Shown piece by piece: positions 12,265 through 26,939 of a stretch of DNA of 64,000 nucleotides; positions within the stretch are counted from its first letter, which is position 1; each line of letters starts with the position of its first letter. Below the pieces are notes generated by a model, which made no database searches, was not told the origin of the DNA, and saw only the letters and a program-made list of their open reading frames with translations. The DNA comes from Mustelus asterias (lineage: Eukaryota), in the NCBI RefSeq assembly GCF_964213995.1, contig NW_027590128.1:434001-498000 (forward strand), given 5' to 3'. The position numbers were made by a program, and so were the translations under genes.

Positions 12265-13945
12265 TTGTCCTGTTCCTTATTTCTGACTGACTAAAATTGT
12301 CTGACCATTGAACTGATCTTCGTTGACCCTTGAATTGATTTGTGTGACCTATCAAAACGTTGCAATGGGCCTGCAGTTGTTACAGTCAGATCAAATGTAA
12401 CAAGAATGTGAAAAACATATGCCGTAAATGTTACAGCCTCCACAGGTGCTTGCGCATGAAACAGGCAGCTACAACAAAAATGACATTTAACGCGTCCGTG
12501 CTTGGAAATGTAGCATTTTGTCCTCGCCTTCAGGCGCAAATCAATTATGAGTCCCTTTTTATTTATGATCGATCACGAGGGAATATTATGGTGAGATATC
12601 GAAGGAGGTCTACTAATTGATTAAGTTGATGGTAACCATAGTTTGACCACCAATTTGAGACTGTGAAGCGCTCTGTATGACAGATTTAGTTTATTTTATT
12701 AGTCTTACATTCAAACTGCAATTAAGCTACTGTGAATATCCCCTAGCTGCCACACTCCAGCACTTGTTTGGGTACACTGAGAGAGAATTTAACATGGCCA
12801 GCACATCGGAATAGCACATCTTTCGGAGTGTGGGAGGAAACCCTTGAACTCCAAGAGCTAATGTGTTGCTGTTAGCCAAGAGAAGGTGGGTTGGAAGGCT
12901 CAAAACGGGAGGCAACAGAATGACGGCAAGTGATCTGAACTTCTGTCAGAGGGAATATTGTTGAAAGGTTATAGTAGGGCACGTAGAAGCATTCCAGATC
13001 ATCATTCTCATCTTCCTTCGAATAATCTCAACCAATTGTACTCAGTAATAAAAGCAAATTACTCCGGATGCTGGAATCTGAAACCACAAGAGGAAATGCT
13101 GGAAAACCTCAAAAGGTCTGGCAGCACCTGTAAGGAGAGAAAAGATCTGACGTTTTGTGTCCAGATGACACTTTATCAAAGCTCATTGTACAATTGTACT
13201 CAGTATTTCTTTCAATATTTAGTATCAATGCATTATTTGACACATATGTTTTCATTATGAATTGAATATCTCTGAAATTGAATATCACTGAATTGTAAAC
13301 ATAACTGACCAACAGAAGGAATCGTGTCACCGGGTAATACAGATCGCAATTGTGAGATTGACCATAGTCAGCTTTTAAACAAAGTCAACCACAGTTAAAT
13401 GGAAGGGATTGAAGAATTATCTCTCAGTTACACTTGAGTCTTTTTTATTATGGGCGCGAAACATTCAGGCGCACGAATTCCGCCACCTACAGGAAATTAC
13501 AGTAGACCCGCACTGAGTCTCGATTTCCTCATCTGTCTGAGTGGTTTTCCCTATTTTTTGCTATGAAGAACGATATAAAAAATCTTCTGGGAAATGTGCG
13601 CCATTTCCTCTAGTTTGCTTACAGTATCACTTGTGTCTGTCTTTTTGAGCACACACTACTATTAGAACTGTTCCAGATGACGATTATGTCATTCTGCACC
13701 TATAAAACATTAAGTTCTGTTGTAGACTGAACGAGATGCGAATATGTGCACGTTGTCAAAGTCGAAACGTTTCTTTCCTGTCAGTGCATCAAAACATATC
13801 AACATTTCATATTTTACAGAAAGCATTTCAGGCCCAGTTCAGAGCAAACATAATATGGCTGTAACATCAAGATTCAGGTACAATGTTCAGCAACGAACTG
13901 AAATCAGACAGATTTCCCTCACCCTACATGAGAAATCTTAATGAA

Positions 13946-14017
13946 TATTTCTGCCTGGTTTCGAACCAGGGACTTTTCGCGTGTGAGGCAAACGTGATAA
14001 TTCCTACACTACAAAAC
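13946..14017 (-). pseudogene. tRNA-Val(CAC) pseudogene
   Basis: Revcomp GTTTTGTAGTGTAGGAATTATCACGTTTGCCTCACACGCGAAAAGTCCCTGGTTCGAAACCAGGCAGAAATA; D-loop GG lost, stems mismatched. Confidence 0.8.
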
Positions 14018-14823
14018 AGCAAGCAGCAGAGTCCAACAAATCTGCCTGTCTGCAATGTTAACTGCGCTGTGTTGCTGCAGGTTCCAATTATTCGACTGCG
14101 AACCCATGTCACCCAATATCAGCCAACGTGATATTACAGAAACAACTGACAGCAGAATGCAGCAAATCGGCCTGTCGGCAATGTTGTTGTTGCAGGTTCC
14201 AATGGTTAGACTGAGAGCCCATGTTAATTCAGGAAGATAACCGTTACTTTCAATCTGATGGCTCAACTTATCTTGAACTTCAAAATTTAAAAGAGTTCGT
14301 TTGGCAAATATCTACGGGACCAATGATTTCTGCTCATTCATTAATGCATCCATTCTCATCTTCCATTGAAAATTCTCAGCGAAATGTGCTCATTAATAAA
14401 AGCAAATTACTGAGGATGCTGGAATCTGACACCAAAAGAGAAAATGCTGCAAAATCTTCTGGGAAATGAGCGCCATTTCCTATAGGTCACTGACAATATC
14501 ACTTGTGTCAGTCTTCTGGAGCACACACTATTATCAGATATGTTTCAGATGGTGATTAACCATGTTAGTCTGCACCTATAAACCCATTAAATTCTGTTGC
14601 AGACTGAACGAGATGCGAATGTGTGCACGGTGTCAAAATCGAAACATTTCTTACCTGTCAGTGCATCGAAAAAAAGAACAGCATCTCTTATTTTACAGAA
14701 AACATTTGAGGCCGACATCAGAGCAATATTAACATGGCGGTAATATCGAGGTTCTGATAATGTTGAGCAACAAACTGAAAACAAGCAATGTTCCCCTCAC
14801 CTGACATACGAAAGTGTAACGAA

Positions 14824-14896
14824 TGTTTCTGCCCGGTTTCGAACCATGGCCTTTCCGCGCGTTAGGTGAATGTGATGACCACTACACTACAGAAAC
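14824..14896 (-). pseudogene. tRNA-Val(AAC) pseudogene
   Basis: Revcomp GTTTCTGTAGTGTAGTGGTCATCACATTCACCTAACGCGCGGAAAGGCCATGGTTCGAAACCGGGCAGAAACA; anticodon and T stems mismatched. Confidence 0.8.
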
Positions 14897-15264
14897 AGCT
14901 GGAAATGCGCTATAGCGAATCTGTTTGACTGCAATGTTCAACTGCGCTGTCTTGCTGCAGGTTCCAATGGTTGGACTGAGAGCCCATGTCACTTAATGCA
15001 GGAAGATAACCGTTACTTTCAACCTGATTGCTCAACTTATCGTGAACATCAAAATTTAAAAGCGATCGTCTGGCAAATATCTAAGAAAACAATGGTTTCT
15101 GGCCATTCATTAATGCATCATTCTCATCTTCCTTCGAATCAGCTCAACCAATTATACTCAGCGATAAAAGCAAATTACTGCGGATACTGGAATCGGAAAG
15201 CAAAAGAGAAAATGCTGGAAAATCTCACAGCGTCTGACAGCACCTGTAAGGAGAGAAAGGAGCT

Positions 15265-15390
15265 GGAGGAAACCCACGCAGACACAGGGGAGAACGTGCA
15301 AATTCCACACAGACAGCGACCCAAGCCGGGAATCAAACGCAGGCCCCTGGCGCTGTGAAGCAGCAGTGCTAACCACTGGGCCACCGTGTC
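15265..15390 (-). mobile_element. tRNA-derived SINE 5' part
   Basis: Revcomp CACGGTGGCCCAGTGGTTAGCACTGCTGCTTCACAGCGCCAGGG A/B-box head. Confidence 0.8.
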
Positions 15391-15397
15391 GCCATTT

Positions 15398-15615
15398 AAA
15401 GCAGGAAAGGGAGGGAGACAGATGGAGAAATTCGGGAGAGAATTTCAGACATTGGAGCCGGGGAAATTGACGGCCTGGCAACTAATGGTCGAGCGATTAA
15501 AGTACAGAATGCTCAAGAAGCGAGAATTAGAGCAATGTAGATACCTAGGAAAATTATGAAGCAAAAGGGGATTTGAGAGATAGGGAGGAACGAGGCCTTG
15601 AAGTGATTTATACAA
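15398..15615 (-). mobile_element. L2-type LINE 3' fragment
   Basis: ORF 15445..15720 contains LVPPYLSNPLLLHNFPRYLHCSN resembling the L2 ORF2 C-terminus. Confidence 0.5.
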
Positions 15616-15805
15616 TTTGTTCAAAAGGATGCTGAAAAAATAAGCAGCACATTCTTTGAATTTCAGCCCAGAGAGGAGGGAGATCATGTGGGGCAGAGAT
15701 TTACAGATCTGGGGGAACAAGAGAAGAAAACATGTTCCAGATATTAAAATTGTCTGTTTTGAATTTCTGTCCTGAACTGAGTAATTTTGTTAACTCCTTT
15801 TGCAG

Positions 15806-16850
15806 GATATTTGAAGTGAAATCACAAACCAATACTCACACCAAGATTTACCAATGACTCGATTCATCAGCTGCTAAACACTGTCAGCCTTTGCATGTGG
15901 AATGAGAAATGTTTGTTTTGTCCGTGGGAAACGATTTCAAACATCAGTGTGAATGAAAAGCACCCCCCCCCCCTCCACCGCCCCCCCCCCCCCCCCCCCC
16001 CGCCACCACAACACACACACACACACACACACATCCGAGTGAGAGTTTTCCAGTGAACTGACTCTGGAAAAAGCTTTATCCAGTTACAAAGCCTGAAAAA
16101 TTTGTGACCAGGCGCCTATATTTGAGACGAAGGAGAAATCAGCCATGATCTGGTTGAATGGCGGAGCAGGCTCTAAGGCTGAATTTGGCTACTTATTCCT
16201 TTGTTCAAATTCAAAAACATTGCAACATTCACAGCGGGGAGAAACCATACACATGTTCTGTATATGGACGAGGTTTCAACTTATCATCTAATGTGGAGAA
16301 ACATGATGGTATCGACACCACAGAGGAACTGTGGATATGTGGGGACTGTGGGAAAGCAGTCACTTGCTCATCCAAACTGGAAACACATCGACACACCCAC
16401 ACTGGGGAGAGACCCTTCACCTGACCCGTGTGTTGGAAGGAATTTACTCAAACATCCTGCCTAACATTACACCAGCGAGATCACCCTGGAGAGAGACTGT
16501 ACACTTTCTCTGTGTGTGGGAAGGGATTCATCCAGATACATAACCTCGAATTACACCAGAGAGTTCACACCAGGGAGAGGCCGTTCACTTGCTTCGTGTG
16601 TGGGAAGTGGTTCATTAATTCATCCAACCTCGTGAAACACCAGCGAGTTCACACTGAGGAGAGGTGAACTCACTGACTGTGGAAAGAACCTCAGACATTC
16701 ATCCAGCCTCAAAGCACATCAGCGACTTCACACTGGGGAGAGACCATGTACCTGCTCAGAGTGTGGGAAGGGGTTCACCACCTCCTCCCACCTGGTCACA
16801 CACCAACGACTTCACGAGTGAGTGCAGGGAGTGGATTCTGCTGTAGCTGC
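15806..16850 (+). pseudogene. C2H2 (Kruppel-type) zinc-finger pseudogene, about 7 fingers
   Basis: [31 protein letters not shown] linkers; in-frame stop at 16422-16424, lost Cys residues, stop and frameshift near 16667; TTTGCAG acceptor at 15805. Confidence 0.85.
15962..16032. repeat. poly-C tract and (CA)n microsatellite
   Basis: Directly visible. Confidence 0.9.
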
Positions 16851-18021
16851 TGCTGTTAATCACATCCAGGAGTGAGCCACATTCATTCTGACATTTGGGG
16901 TCTGTTTCTGCTGATGTTAACAACCCCTGTAACTGGGCTGGAGTTTAATATTCTGGATCTTCAGCTGATTGTGTTCTCGGGATGCAGTGTCCATTTATGA
17001 GCCGTTGTCTGTAATCTTTCCCCATCATTCTGGAACTCTCATCACAGAATATTTCCAGTGCAGAACGAAGCCATTCAGGCCATCGAGTCTGCACGGGCTC
17101 TCTGGAAGAGCCTTACCCCAGTAACCTTGCATATTCTTTTCAGATAAGAATCCAATTGTCTTTTGAGTACCTTGATCGAAGCCGCCTCCATCGCCGTCTC
17201 AGAAGTTTATTCCAGACTCCAACCACATTCAACCTGAAAAGATTTTTGCTCATATCACTTCTCCTCTGTTTTCCCCATTGATGAAAATCTATGCCGTCTA
17301 GCTCTTGATGTTCTCTTGGTGGGAACATTTGCTCACTATTTCACCTGCCCGTACCCCTCAGAATCTTGAATACCTCTATCAATCTCCTCTCAATCATCTT
17401 CATTCAACAATTAACGTTTATTTCTTACGATGTAATTAATCTATGTTACTGGCCGGGAGTTTAATATCTTGATGTCTGTTTAATGAATCAGCTTTGTTTC
17501 AAATACACGGTGTTTAAAGTCCGTGATTCCTTCAGGAGAAGAGGAGATTAATTGATGTCCTGTTACCGACTGTTCTAATATTGGATCTTTTCTTCTTTCT
17601 AACTCAAATGATTTCAGTCTCAGACAAGTCTCAGCTCCCCATACCTTCCAGAAGGTCTCTCCCAGCCTTAAGATCCAGGGAGGTTTCAGTGTTAAAAACA
17701 GAAAATGATGAAAATAATAATCCATACTTTTCCAAGTACCAGTTGATTGCATCCCAGGTTATTGGTTTCATTTTTCCCCACAGCTGATGTTAAGCTGATT
17801 GTTCTGCAATTGTTGTGTTTTTGAACAGGGATGTAATATCTACAATCTCTCTGTCCTTTGGCGACACTGCTCTACAAGGAGGATTGGAAGGGTGTGGCCA
17901 GAGCCTCCACAAGCTCCATGTGAAGGACACTGTGTGACAGAGTGCAGCAGTCCCTCAATGTCAGACTGGAGTGTCAGCGAAGATAGTGTGCTTATTTTTA
18001 CGAATATTTCTCGTTGTTCTT

Positions 18022-19500
18022 GAACAAAGAAAATTATAGCACAGGAACGGGCCCTTCAGCCCTCTAAGCCTGCACTGACCACACTGCCCAACTGAACTAA
18101 AACCCTTAACCCTTCAGGGGAACATATCCCTCTATTCCCATCCTATTCGTGTATTTGTCATTACACACCTGAAATGTCACTATCGTATCTGCTACTACTA
18201 CCTTCCCCAGCAGCGAGTTCCAGGCACCCACCACCCTTTCGTAAAAAAAAAACTTGCCTCGTACATCTCCTCTCAACTTTGCTCCCCACGCATTAAACCT
18301 GTGCCCCCTAATATTTGACTCTTCCACCCTGGGAAAAAGCTTCTGACTATCCACTCTGTCCATGCCTCTCTTAATCTTGTGGACGACTATCAGGTCGCCC
18401 CTCAGCCTCCGTCGTTCCTTTGAGAACAAACAAAGTTTCCCCAACCTCTCCTCATAGCTAATGCCCTACGTACCAGGCAACATCCTGGTAAATCTTTTCT
18501 GTACCCTCTCCAAAGCCTCCACATCCTTCTGGTCGTGCGGCGACCAGAATTGAATACTGTATTCCAAGTGCAGCCGGACAAAGTTGCTATAAAATTGCAA
18601 CATGACTTGCCAATTTTTAAACTCAATGCCCCGGCCAATGAAGGCAAGCATACCGTATTCCTTTCATGGCTACCTTCTCCACCTGCGTTGCCACTTTCAG
18701 TGACTTGTGTACCTGTACACCCAGATCCCTCTGCCTATCAATAGCTTAAGGGTTCTGCAATTTACTGTATATTTCCCCATCTGTATTAGACCTTCCAAAA
18801 TGCATTACCTCATTCTTGTCCGGAATAAACTCCATCTACCATCTCTCCACCCAAGTCTCCAACCGATCTATATCCTGCGGTATCCTCTGACGGTCCTCAT
18901 CACTCCACTTTTAAACCCGCCAATACCTCCAATAACTCGTCACTCCCTATGGTAATATTCTCGAGAGCCTCACAGTCCCTCTCCACGTGTTCTATAGCTA
19001 CCTCCTCCTCATGGGTGAAGACAGATGTGAAATATTCATGTACACCCTACCAATGTCCTCTGCCTCTACCCACAGATTTCCCCGTTGTTCCATAATGGGG
19101 CCCATTCTTTCCCTGGTTCTCCTCTTCCCATTGATATACTTTTAGAACATCTTAGGATTCTCCTGACATTTAACACCAGAGCTTTCTCATATCCCCTCTT
19201 TGCTCTCCTAATTGATTTCGTAAGTTCCACCCTGCACTTTTGTGCTCCATTAATGCCTCCACAGACTTACTCTCCTTCTGCTTGTTAAAAACCTCTCTTT
19301 TCCTTCTCACTGTACCCTGAATTTCTCTGATCATCCATGGTTCCCTGGGTTTGTTATAGCTTCCTATTACCCTCGAGGGAACATGTTGGGTCTGTGACCT
19401 CCCCATTTCTTCTCTGAATACCCCCCACTGCTCTTCGGTAGATTTCCCCACAAATAACTCGTTCCAGTCTTCCTTGGCCATATCCTTCCTAATTTTGTGA
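18022..19500 (-). mobile_element. CR1 LINE fragments
   Basis: ORFs 18106..18444, 18466..18651 and 19170..19505 match CR1 ORF2 segments. Confidence 0.85.
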
Positions 19501-20267
19501 AACATTTATTGACTAAATGGCTAAATTCCATTTTGTCTTTTCATATTAACGCTACTCTGTCCCACACAGTATTTGGCAGCAATCCAGCTTGCTACCAAAA
19601 GCCTAAAGTTATATACAGGAAGCATCTGTTGGTGTTAGTTCAGTAAATCAAAGGGCTGTTTCCTCAGTACTGACCGCTTGGCTGCAAGCCAAATTCAAGC
19701 ACGCAACATTGTTAATGAGGCCTATTTATAAACAAATCTGCCCAGCAACAGTACTGGAAGAAATTTATATTTTAAAGTTGTAAACCTATGTGGAATATTG
19801 CCATCTCTCAGGAAATTAAAATTATCGAGCTTCCCTGTTTGCAAAAATGATGATTTTTCCAGCACATCAGGATATTGTAATGGATGGATAGAAAAAAATA
19901 TAGACAGACTGTGAGAGATGATTCAGAGAGAGGATATATGTTGTAATACATAAACATGTAAGTTTGTGTTTACTTTCCCTTTTCCTTCCAGGGAGATGGA
20001 AATTGGTGGAAAGTCCAGCATTTTTTGCCTGTCCTCAGTTCCTTTGGACTGAGTGGTTCAGAAAAGACATTGAAGGGTCAGCCATACTGCCGACCGCCTG
20101 GAATCACATCCAGGTGAAACCACGTGAGGATTGCAGATTTCCTTCAGTGGGGAATCAGGGAAGTTTCCTTGGTCGTCTTTACTTTGCATTCCAGATTTAT
20201 TAATAGAATTGAAATTCCACCAGTTACAATGGTTGGATTTAAACTCATCCTGGGCCTTTGCCTCTGC

Positions 20268-21945
20268 AGGATCTGCCTCTCCAGACCTGCTAAATCCAGT
20301 CGTGAATAGTGATGGTCAATTGAACAAATAACAATTGAACAATAGCAGGAGCTTCAAGAAAAGTAACCACCCTGAATGACGGTGATCCGGCACATCAGAG
20401 AAAAAACAAGACTGAACCATTTGCTACAACCTTTAGCCACAAGTGCCAAGAGGAAGATCCATTTCGGCTTCCTCAAGGTGACTCCCAGCATCGCAAGGCC
20501 AGTCTTCCGGCAATTTAATTCACATCACATGATCATGCGGAGTGCATTGGATAGTGAAAAGCAAATTGGGCCTGACAATATTTCAGCACTAGTAATTAAG
20601 ACTTCTTCTCTGGAACTAGCTGTGTCCCAGCCAATATGTTCAAGTGCAGTTGCAATACTGACAGTTGCTCAACTATGTGAAAAATTGGCAGACATGCCCT
20701 GGTGCAAAAACAAGGGCAAATACAACCCGGCCAATTACTGCCCAATCAGTCCTCACTCGATCACCACATTGAAAACTTTCAAGGATGATCCTATCAAATG
20801 GCTTTGACTCAGCAATAGCCTGCTCAAAGATTTGGGTCCCGCCAGGAGCACTCAGTTCTAGAATGATTTACAACCAGTCCAAATATAAATAGAATATTTA
20901 AATTAAAGAGCTTTAAATTAAAGGCAATTGACCGTGTGTGGTATTAAGGAGCCCGAGCAAAATGGGAAACGGGGAAAACAGTTCACTGACTGGAGTAATA
21001 CTGAGCACAAAGGATGATAGTTTAAGCTGTTGAATGCCAATCATCTGAGTCACAGGGCAGTGCTGCAGGAGTTCCTCACGATAATAACCTCGCTCCAAGC
21101 CTCAGCCTTCGGCAGAGTTCAGAAGTGGGATGTGCACTGATAATTGCACAAAGTTCAGCACAGTTGCGGGATTCCCCAGATACTGAAACAGTCTGTGTCT
21201 ATTTGCAGTAAGACTTAGAAAAGGTTCAGTCTTGGGCTAATGAGCGGCAAGTAACATTGAACTGCTCCAATAAGCGAAATTCCAACCATCTTATCTTGAC
21301 ATTGAATGGTATTACACATTGCTAAATTCCTCACCACCAACATCCTGGTAATTATAATTAAAAATGAACTGAACTGAGACTGACACTTCAATAATTTTGC
21401 TACATCAACAGATCAGAGGATAGGAGTTCTGCGGTGAACAACTCACCTACTAAATTTCCAAACCCTATCCATCATCCACAAGGCAAAAGTCTCAACTTGT
21501 CAAACTTTTGCCACTCATAACGCTCCACACCATCTGGGAAAAAGTATCTGTCTCGATGAACACCCCACCCACCACTTTAAACTTCACTTCCTGCATCACA
21601 GATGCACAATTGTAGCATTGTGAACCATGAGCAAATGTACAGCAGCAAATCATTCCTCAACTACCAAACCCATTACTTCTGACACTTAAAAGGACAAGGG
21701 TAGCAGATGCGTGAGAATACAATTACCTGCAAGTGCCGATAAGATCCACGCACCATCTTGACTGGGAACTATATCTCTAACCTTTCACTGTCATTGGATC
21801 AAAAGTTTGAAACTCCCTCCAATTAGCACTGTGGGTTTACTTACTCAATATCGAATTCAATGGTTCAAGAACAAGGCTCACCACCACATTCTCAAAGGAA
21901 TATAAGGTTTCACTGATTTTACCAGTAACACCAAAATCTCATTAA
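20268..21945 (+). mobile_element. highly decayed older CR1/L2-clade LINE
   Basis: ORF 20376..20807 contains GPDNISALVIKTSSLELA and NPANYCPIS RT-proximal motifs. Confidence 0.7.
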
Positions 21946-22809
21946 ATAATCTAAAACATTTTTGTCTTCTTATATTCATTGAGCCCCTGCTTCTGTCTGT
22001 ATTATACTAGGCCGTGCCTCGATCACGTTACAGCAGGACGTAGCTCAGCTTTCTCTGCACTCAGCTCGATATATCAGCTATTCATATACAATGCCAAGGC
22101 CCTATTTACATGATACTTTCTTAGTTATGACTGCATGGAACACAGTCTCGGTTAATTTGGCAAGAGGCTGTGTCTCAATTCTTACTACATCAGAACGGTT
22201 ATCTGTATATCCGGAACTGGGATCACACCCTTCTTGCATTACACACTGTTCGGTCACAGTTCTTACTCTAATAGCTCACTAAATTCTAATAAACTGGATT
22301 CTCTTTTCATTAATGCTACATCAGTCCATATATTTTTTATTGAACACCATGCTCTGTCTACAATGTTATTGTATTATGTGACTCCTCTAATTGCTGCATT
22401 GTCCATATCTCAGTGTGTACCATTCTAGATACCATATTAATAATTACTATTAATGCACTCTCTTTGTCTCAGTTTATTTCAGTCTATGTCCTGTATCAAT
22501 AATTGATGCTGGGACATTAGGCTCCATCTCAGTTAATATCACACAAACCTCTGTATCCAGTTAAACTGCACGAGCCACCGTCTCGATTTTTCTTGTCAGA
22601 GACGAAGTCATTCACATTTCTCAATGTTTGTGTCATGGGATGTGGATGCCACTGGAAAGACAAGTGTTTAGCCTTTAACTAGCCCACAAGGCACTTGGCA
22701 CTACCTCATTTCTATTTTACTGGATTAGGCCTCTGTTTAGATTAAAATTGACCCTGTCAGTGTTAAACTAATAGCTCATTAAATTCTAATGAAATCGATC
22801 CTGACCAAA

Positions 22810-23665
22810 ACATAGTTTAGAACATAGAACATTACAGCGCAGTACAGACCCTTCGGCCCTCGATGTTGCGCAGACCTGTTAAACAAATCTAAAGCCCATC
22901 TAACCTACACTATTCCAATATCATCCATATGTTCATCCAACGACCATTTAAATGCCCTTAATTTTGGTGAGTCCACTACTGTTGCAGGCAGGGCATTCCA
23001 CGCCCTTACTACTCTCTGAGTAAAGAACCTACCTCTGATATCTTTCCTATTTCTATCTCCAAGTGTGGATCACCCCTCAATTGAAAGCTCTGTCCCCTCG
23101 TGCGAGCCATCACCATCCGAGGGAAAAGGTTCTCACTGTCCAACCTATCTAATCCTCTGATCATCTTGTGTGCCTCTACTAAGTCACCTCTTAACCTTCT
23201 TCCCTCTAACGAAAACAGCCTCAAGTACTTCAGCCTTTCCTCATAAGACCTTTCCACCATACCAGACAACATCCTGGTAAATCTCCTCTGCACCCTTTCC
23301 AATGCTTACACATCCTTCCTATAATGTGGCGACGAGAACTGTACACAATACTCCAAGTGCGGCCGCACCAGAGTTTTGTACAGCTGCAACATGACCTCAT
23401 GGCTCCGAAACTCAATCCCTCCACCAATAAAAGCTAACACACCGTACGCCTTCTTAACAACCCTATCAACCTGGATGCCAACTTTCAGGGATCTATGCAC
23501 ATGGACACCGAGATCTCTCTGCTCATCCACTTTACCAAGTATCTTACCATTAGCCCAGTACTCTGTGTTCCTGTTACTCCTTCCAAAGTGAATCACCTCA
23601 CACTTTTCCGCATTGAACTCCATTTGCCACCTCTCAGCCCAGCTCTACAGCTTATCTATGTCCCA
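22810..23665 (-). mobile_element. CR1 LINE 3' fragment with (TCTATGT)n tail
   Basis: ORFs 23009..23302 and 23306..23623; AGAACATAGAACAT tail. Confidence 0.88.
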
Positions 23666-24579
23666 ATGTATGTCCTATGCCCCAACCTATGTCCTAAGTT
23701 TATATTACACCAGACACGATCCCTGTGTATATAATATTTAATCCGAATTTTGTCTGTATTTCATTCGATCAGGACATTGCTATTACTACACTAGACTATG
23801 CCTCTGTTTGAATTATGGCTGCATTATTCCACGGTTTTGGGCAGAGAAGAGAAAAATGATACATTATTATGTTGCGATAAAAATTTATCGTATGCAACAA
23901 GATGCTGAAGCGGACAGTATGGATCAACAGTGCATGCCAAGCGGGGTATTGTAGTCACCAGAATAAGAATTTAGATTTCTTCTTCTGGTAGAATGCCCAA
24001 GGCAAATTTCTACTCCACAGAGTTGTATGTTGGATGATGCAGGCAATTGTGTTCCCCAGCCACTTTCCAGATTATTGGGCATTATAACTGAGGACGTCTG
24101 CAATGTAATATAAATATGGACATGATCAATTGCAGAAGTGAGGCCCAATCTAGTTTGATACAAATAGAGACAGGTCAAGATAATATAGATGATTCGGGGT
24201 CTAGTTTAGTATAAGTAGGGACATGGGGACGTGTAATAGAAACGGACACGGTTTCTTGTTTTATACGAACAAGAAAATATATTCTATTCAAGATAAATAG
24301 AGACAGGTTCTAGTGTAATATAAGAAGAAGCAGGGCCTAATTCAATCTGAATTGACACAGTGGCAAATATAAATATTGAAATAACTTGCCACTTGGAGTA
24401 CTGTGTAGAGTTCTGGTCGCCACATTATAGGAAGGATTTGTAAGCATTGGAAAGGGTGCAGAGGAGATATAGATTGATAAATAAATTCCTTGTGCAATTT
24501 TGAGACAGGGCCTACTGTCCCATGAAATAGTCCCAGGGAAGAAGTAACATGGGACTAGGTATAGAACATAAGGCTCTCT

Positions 24580-25130
24580 CTTCATCGCCACATCAAACAC
24601 TCTGAAGGGTGGTGCAGCACGGGTTAGATACGAAGAGAAATTCTCTGGAAACTGGCAAGCTTTCCCAGAACCGGTAGACTGTTTAGAAACACAGTGAAAC
24701 TCCCTCTCCAAAGTCCGCTCAAACACAAAGAAGGCATTCAGATCAGGAGTTCTATGCTAGGAAATGTCTCTTCTGCGCTCTTCCTTCGAGGTTCTCGAGG
24801 TAGGTAGCCATTGGTTGTTCGGCACAGGGTAAAGAGCCATCTTTGCAGTTCCATCAAACGCACCCAGGCCTCGTACAACAGAGATTGAATTTCCCATTAC
24901 AAAGTCATATCGAACATTCGCGGGGCAGCTACAGTGCAGGTTAGATGCAGGGTAAATATTCCTATGCACTGTCGAATAAAAACCTCCAAGGGGAGGGATA
25001 ACATGGTTTAGATCAAGGGAAAGTTCCTCCGGTACTGCCATATCAACTCCTTACCACTAAGAACAGCCCAGGTTAGGTAATGAGGAAAATCTCCACTATA
25101 ATTCTATCAGATACTCCAAGGTCATTGAAC
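24580..25130 (-). repeat. degenerate shark tandem-repeat family (GGGACAGTGTAGAGGGAG...TCTAACCCGTGCTG-like); paralog at 37500-37770
   Basis: Recurrent CAGCACGGGTTAGATAC / AAACTCCCTCT motifs. Confidence 0.5.
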
Positions 25131-26939
25131 GCTCAACGTATTTTTTTGAGTCAAACTTCCTCTAGGAATTCCAATCAATTGAATTAGATCATTTTACACG
25201 CCTATGTCTCGGGCTGAAATAATATATTGGGCAGATGTTGACTTCATGTTGTGGAGTGAAGACAATGATCCATCATGGAGAGACAAGACTCAGAGAGATG
25301 AAACACAGGAAATCTTCACAAACACACTGGCCGTGTCATTTTATTCCGAGATTAGAGGGAACATTTCTTAATTCTGAACATAGATATCTAATGACGCCAC
25401 ACAATGTCGAAAAGCAGTCGCTGCTCGAATCCGTTGATTTATTTACATGTTTGCCTTTATTTCTGTGCTGTTGGCGGGGAAATATTTGTTGTATTTTTGT
25501 CAGTGAACAATCTTATTTGGGAATTCTACTTCTGTGCTTATTTACATAAATACATAACTGGCAGCAATGCAAATTGTTTATAGCAGCACAACCAAGTGAC
25601 AACCAATCGCTTCTTTATTCAACACAATTGCAGTGTATTTTTTAGCATATCGGCAGTTGGTTCTTAATGAATAGAAATTTCTAGAACATTCATTAGATCA
25701 GATGCTATTTAATTTAAATAAAATATACATTCCAATTAAGAATTAGTTTTGAAAGCTCTGATGTCACAACAAATAAAGCGTCTGTGAACAGGCTGGTATT
25801 CCACAATGTATCAATCTGATTGACGATAATCTAGATAAACTGAGCAAGTTAAAGCATGTGTGCAGTATCACACTCACATCGAGAGAAGGATAGGAAACCC
25901 AGAATGTGTATCATTACAGAGGTACAGTTATACTTTCTGCATCACGGCGACAGGGAAGCGGGTTCGATTCCAGCCTTGGGTGACTGTGCATATTCTCCCC
26001 AAGTCCATGTGAGTTTAATCCGGGTGCTCCAGTTTTTGCCTACTGCCCAAAGATGTTCAGGTTAGTTGGATTGGCCATGCTAAATTGCCCCTAAGTATCC
26101 AAGGATGTGTAGGATGGGGGGAATAGCGGGTGTATATGTGGGAATAGAGTAGAGAGTGGGCTTGGTAGGAAGCTATGATGGTGAGCCAGTGTAGACTCAA
26201 TGGGACAAATGGCCTCCTTCTGCGCTGTAGGGATTCTATGATACTATGATCAGGCAGAGAGGTAGCTGCAATTGCATTAATTCTTGTAACTTTCAACATA
26301 TCGAAAGTTGCGTTTTATAATGTTAACATTTGGAAATAACTTGCATTTTTAAAACGCTTTACCTGACATTATGTCGTTCCAAAGCATTTATAACTCACTG
26401 AGGTACCTCTACTGAATTTAGTCACTGTTGAAATGTTAGAAATCCAGCAGGCAATTTGTGCACAGCAAGCTCCCATACACCGAAATATGATAAATCACCA
26501 GTGCATTTGCGATTTTAGTTGAGGAATGGACATTTGTCCAGGATACTCGGAAGGCCTGTCGTATTCATAAGAATTATATCAATGTGAATTTACATCCTTT
26601 CATCGACCTGGAATGTGAATCTCTCTCTCTCTGCTAATGCCCACTAACATGCTGAGCAAAATTTCTTGTTGTTTTTGTAGATTTCCGTAATCTGCAGTAC
26701 TTTGTCCTGTTTTAATTCATTCTCTGGATGTGAGCATTACTGACAAAATCAGTATTGATTGTCCATCCTAACAAGGCAGTCGTGAACTATTTTTTATTTG
26801 AAAACCTGTCCTCTGGTGGGCTTTATCATTGTTTGACTTTCTGGAGCAGCTTTGATACAAGTGGATGTCTTTTTCGGCTAAAAGTCATTTTCATCGCTGT
26901 GGAAATGGAATCAAATGTAGGACAGATGGGGTAAACTTG

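Larger units (their letters stand above)
13200..15170. repeat. tRNA-Val-containing cassette, two tandem units (about 13585-14450 and 14450-15170); paralogous to 44700-46520
   Basis: Shared text e.g. AAATCTTCTGGGAAATG.GCGCCATTTCCT and GTTGCTGCAGGTTCCAATG recurs at 13.6, 14.45, 44.9 and 46.1 kb. Confidence 0.85.
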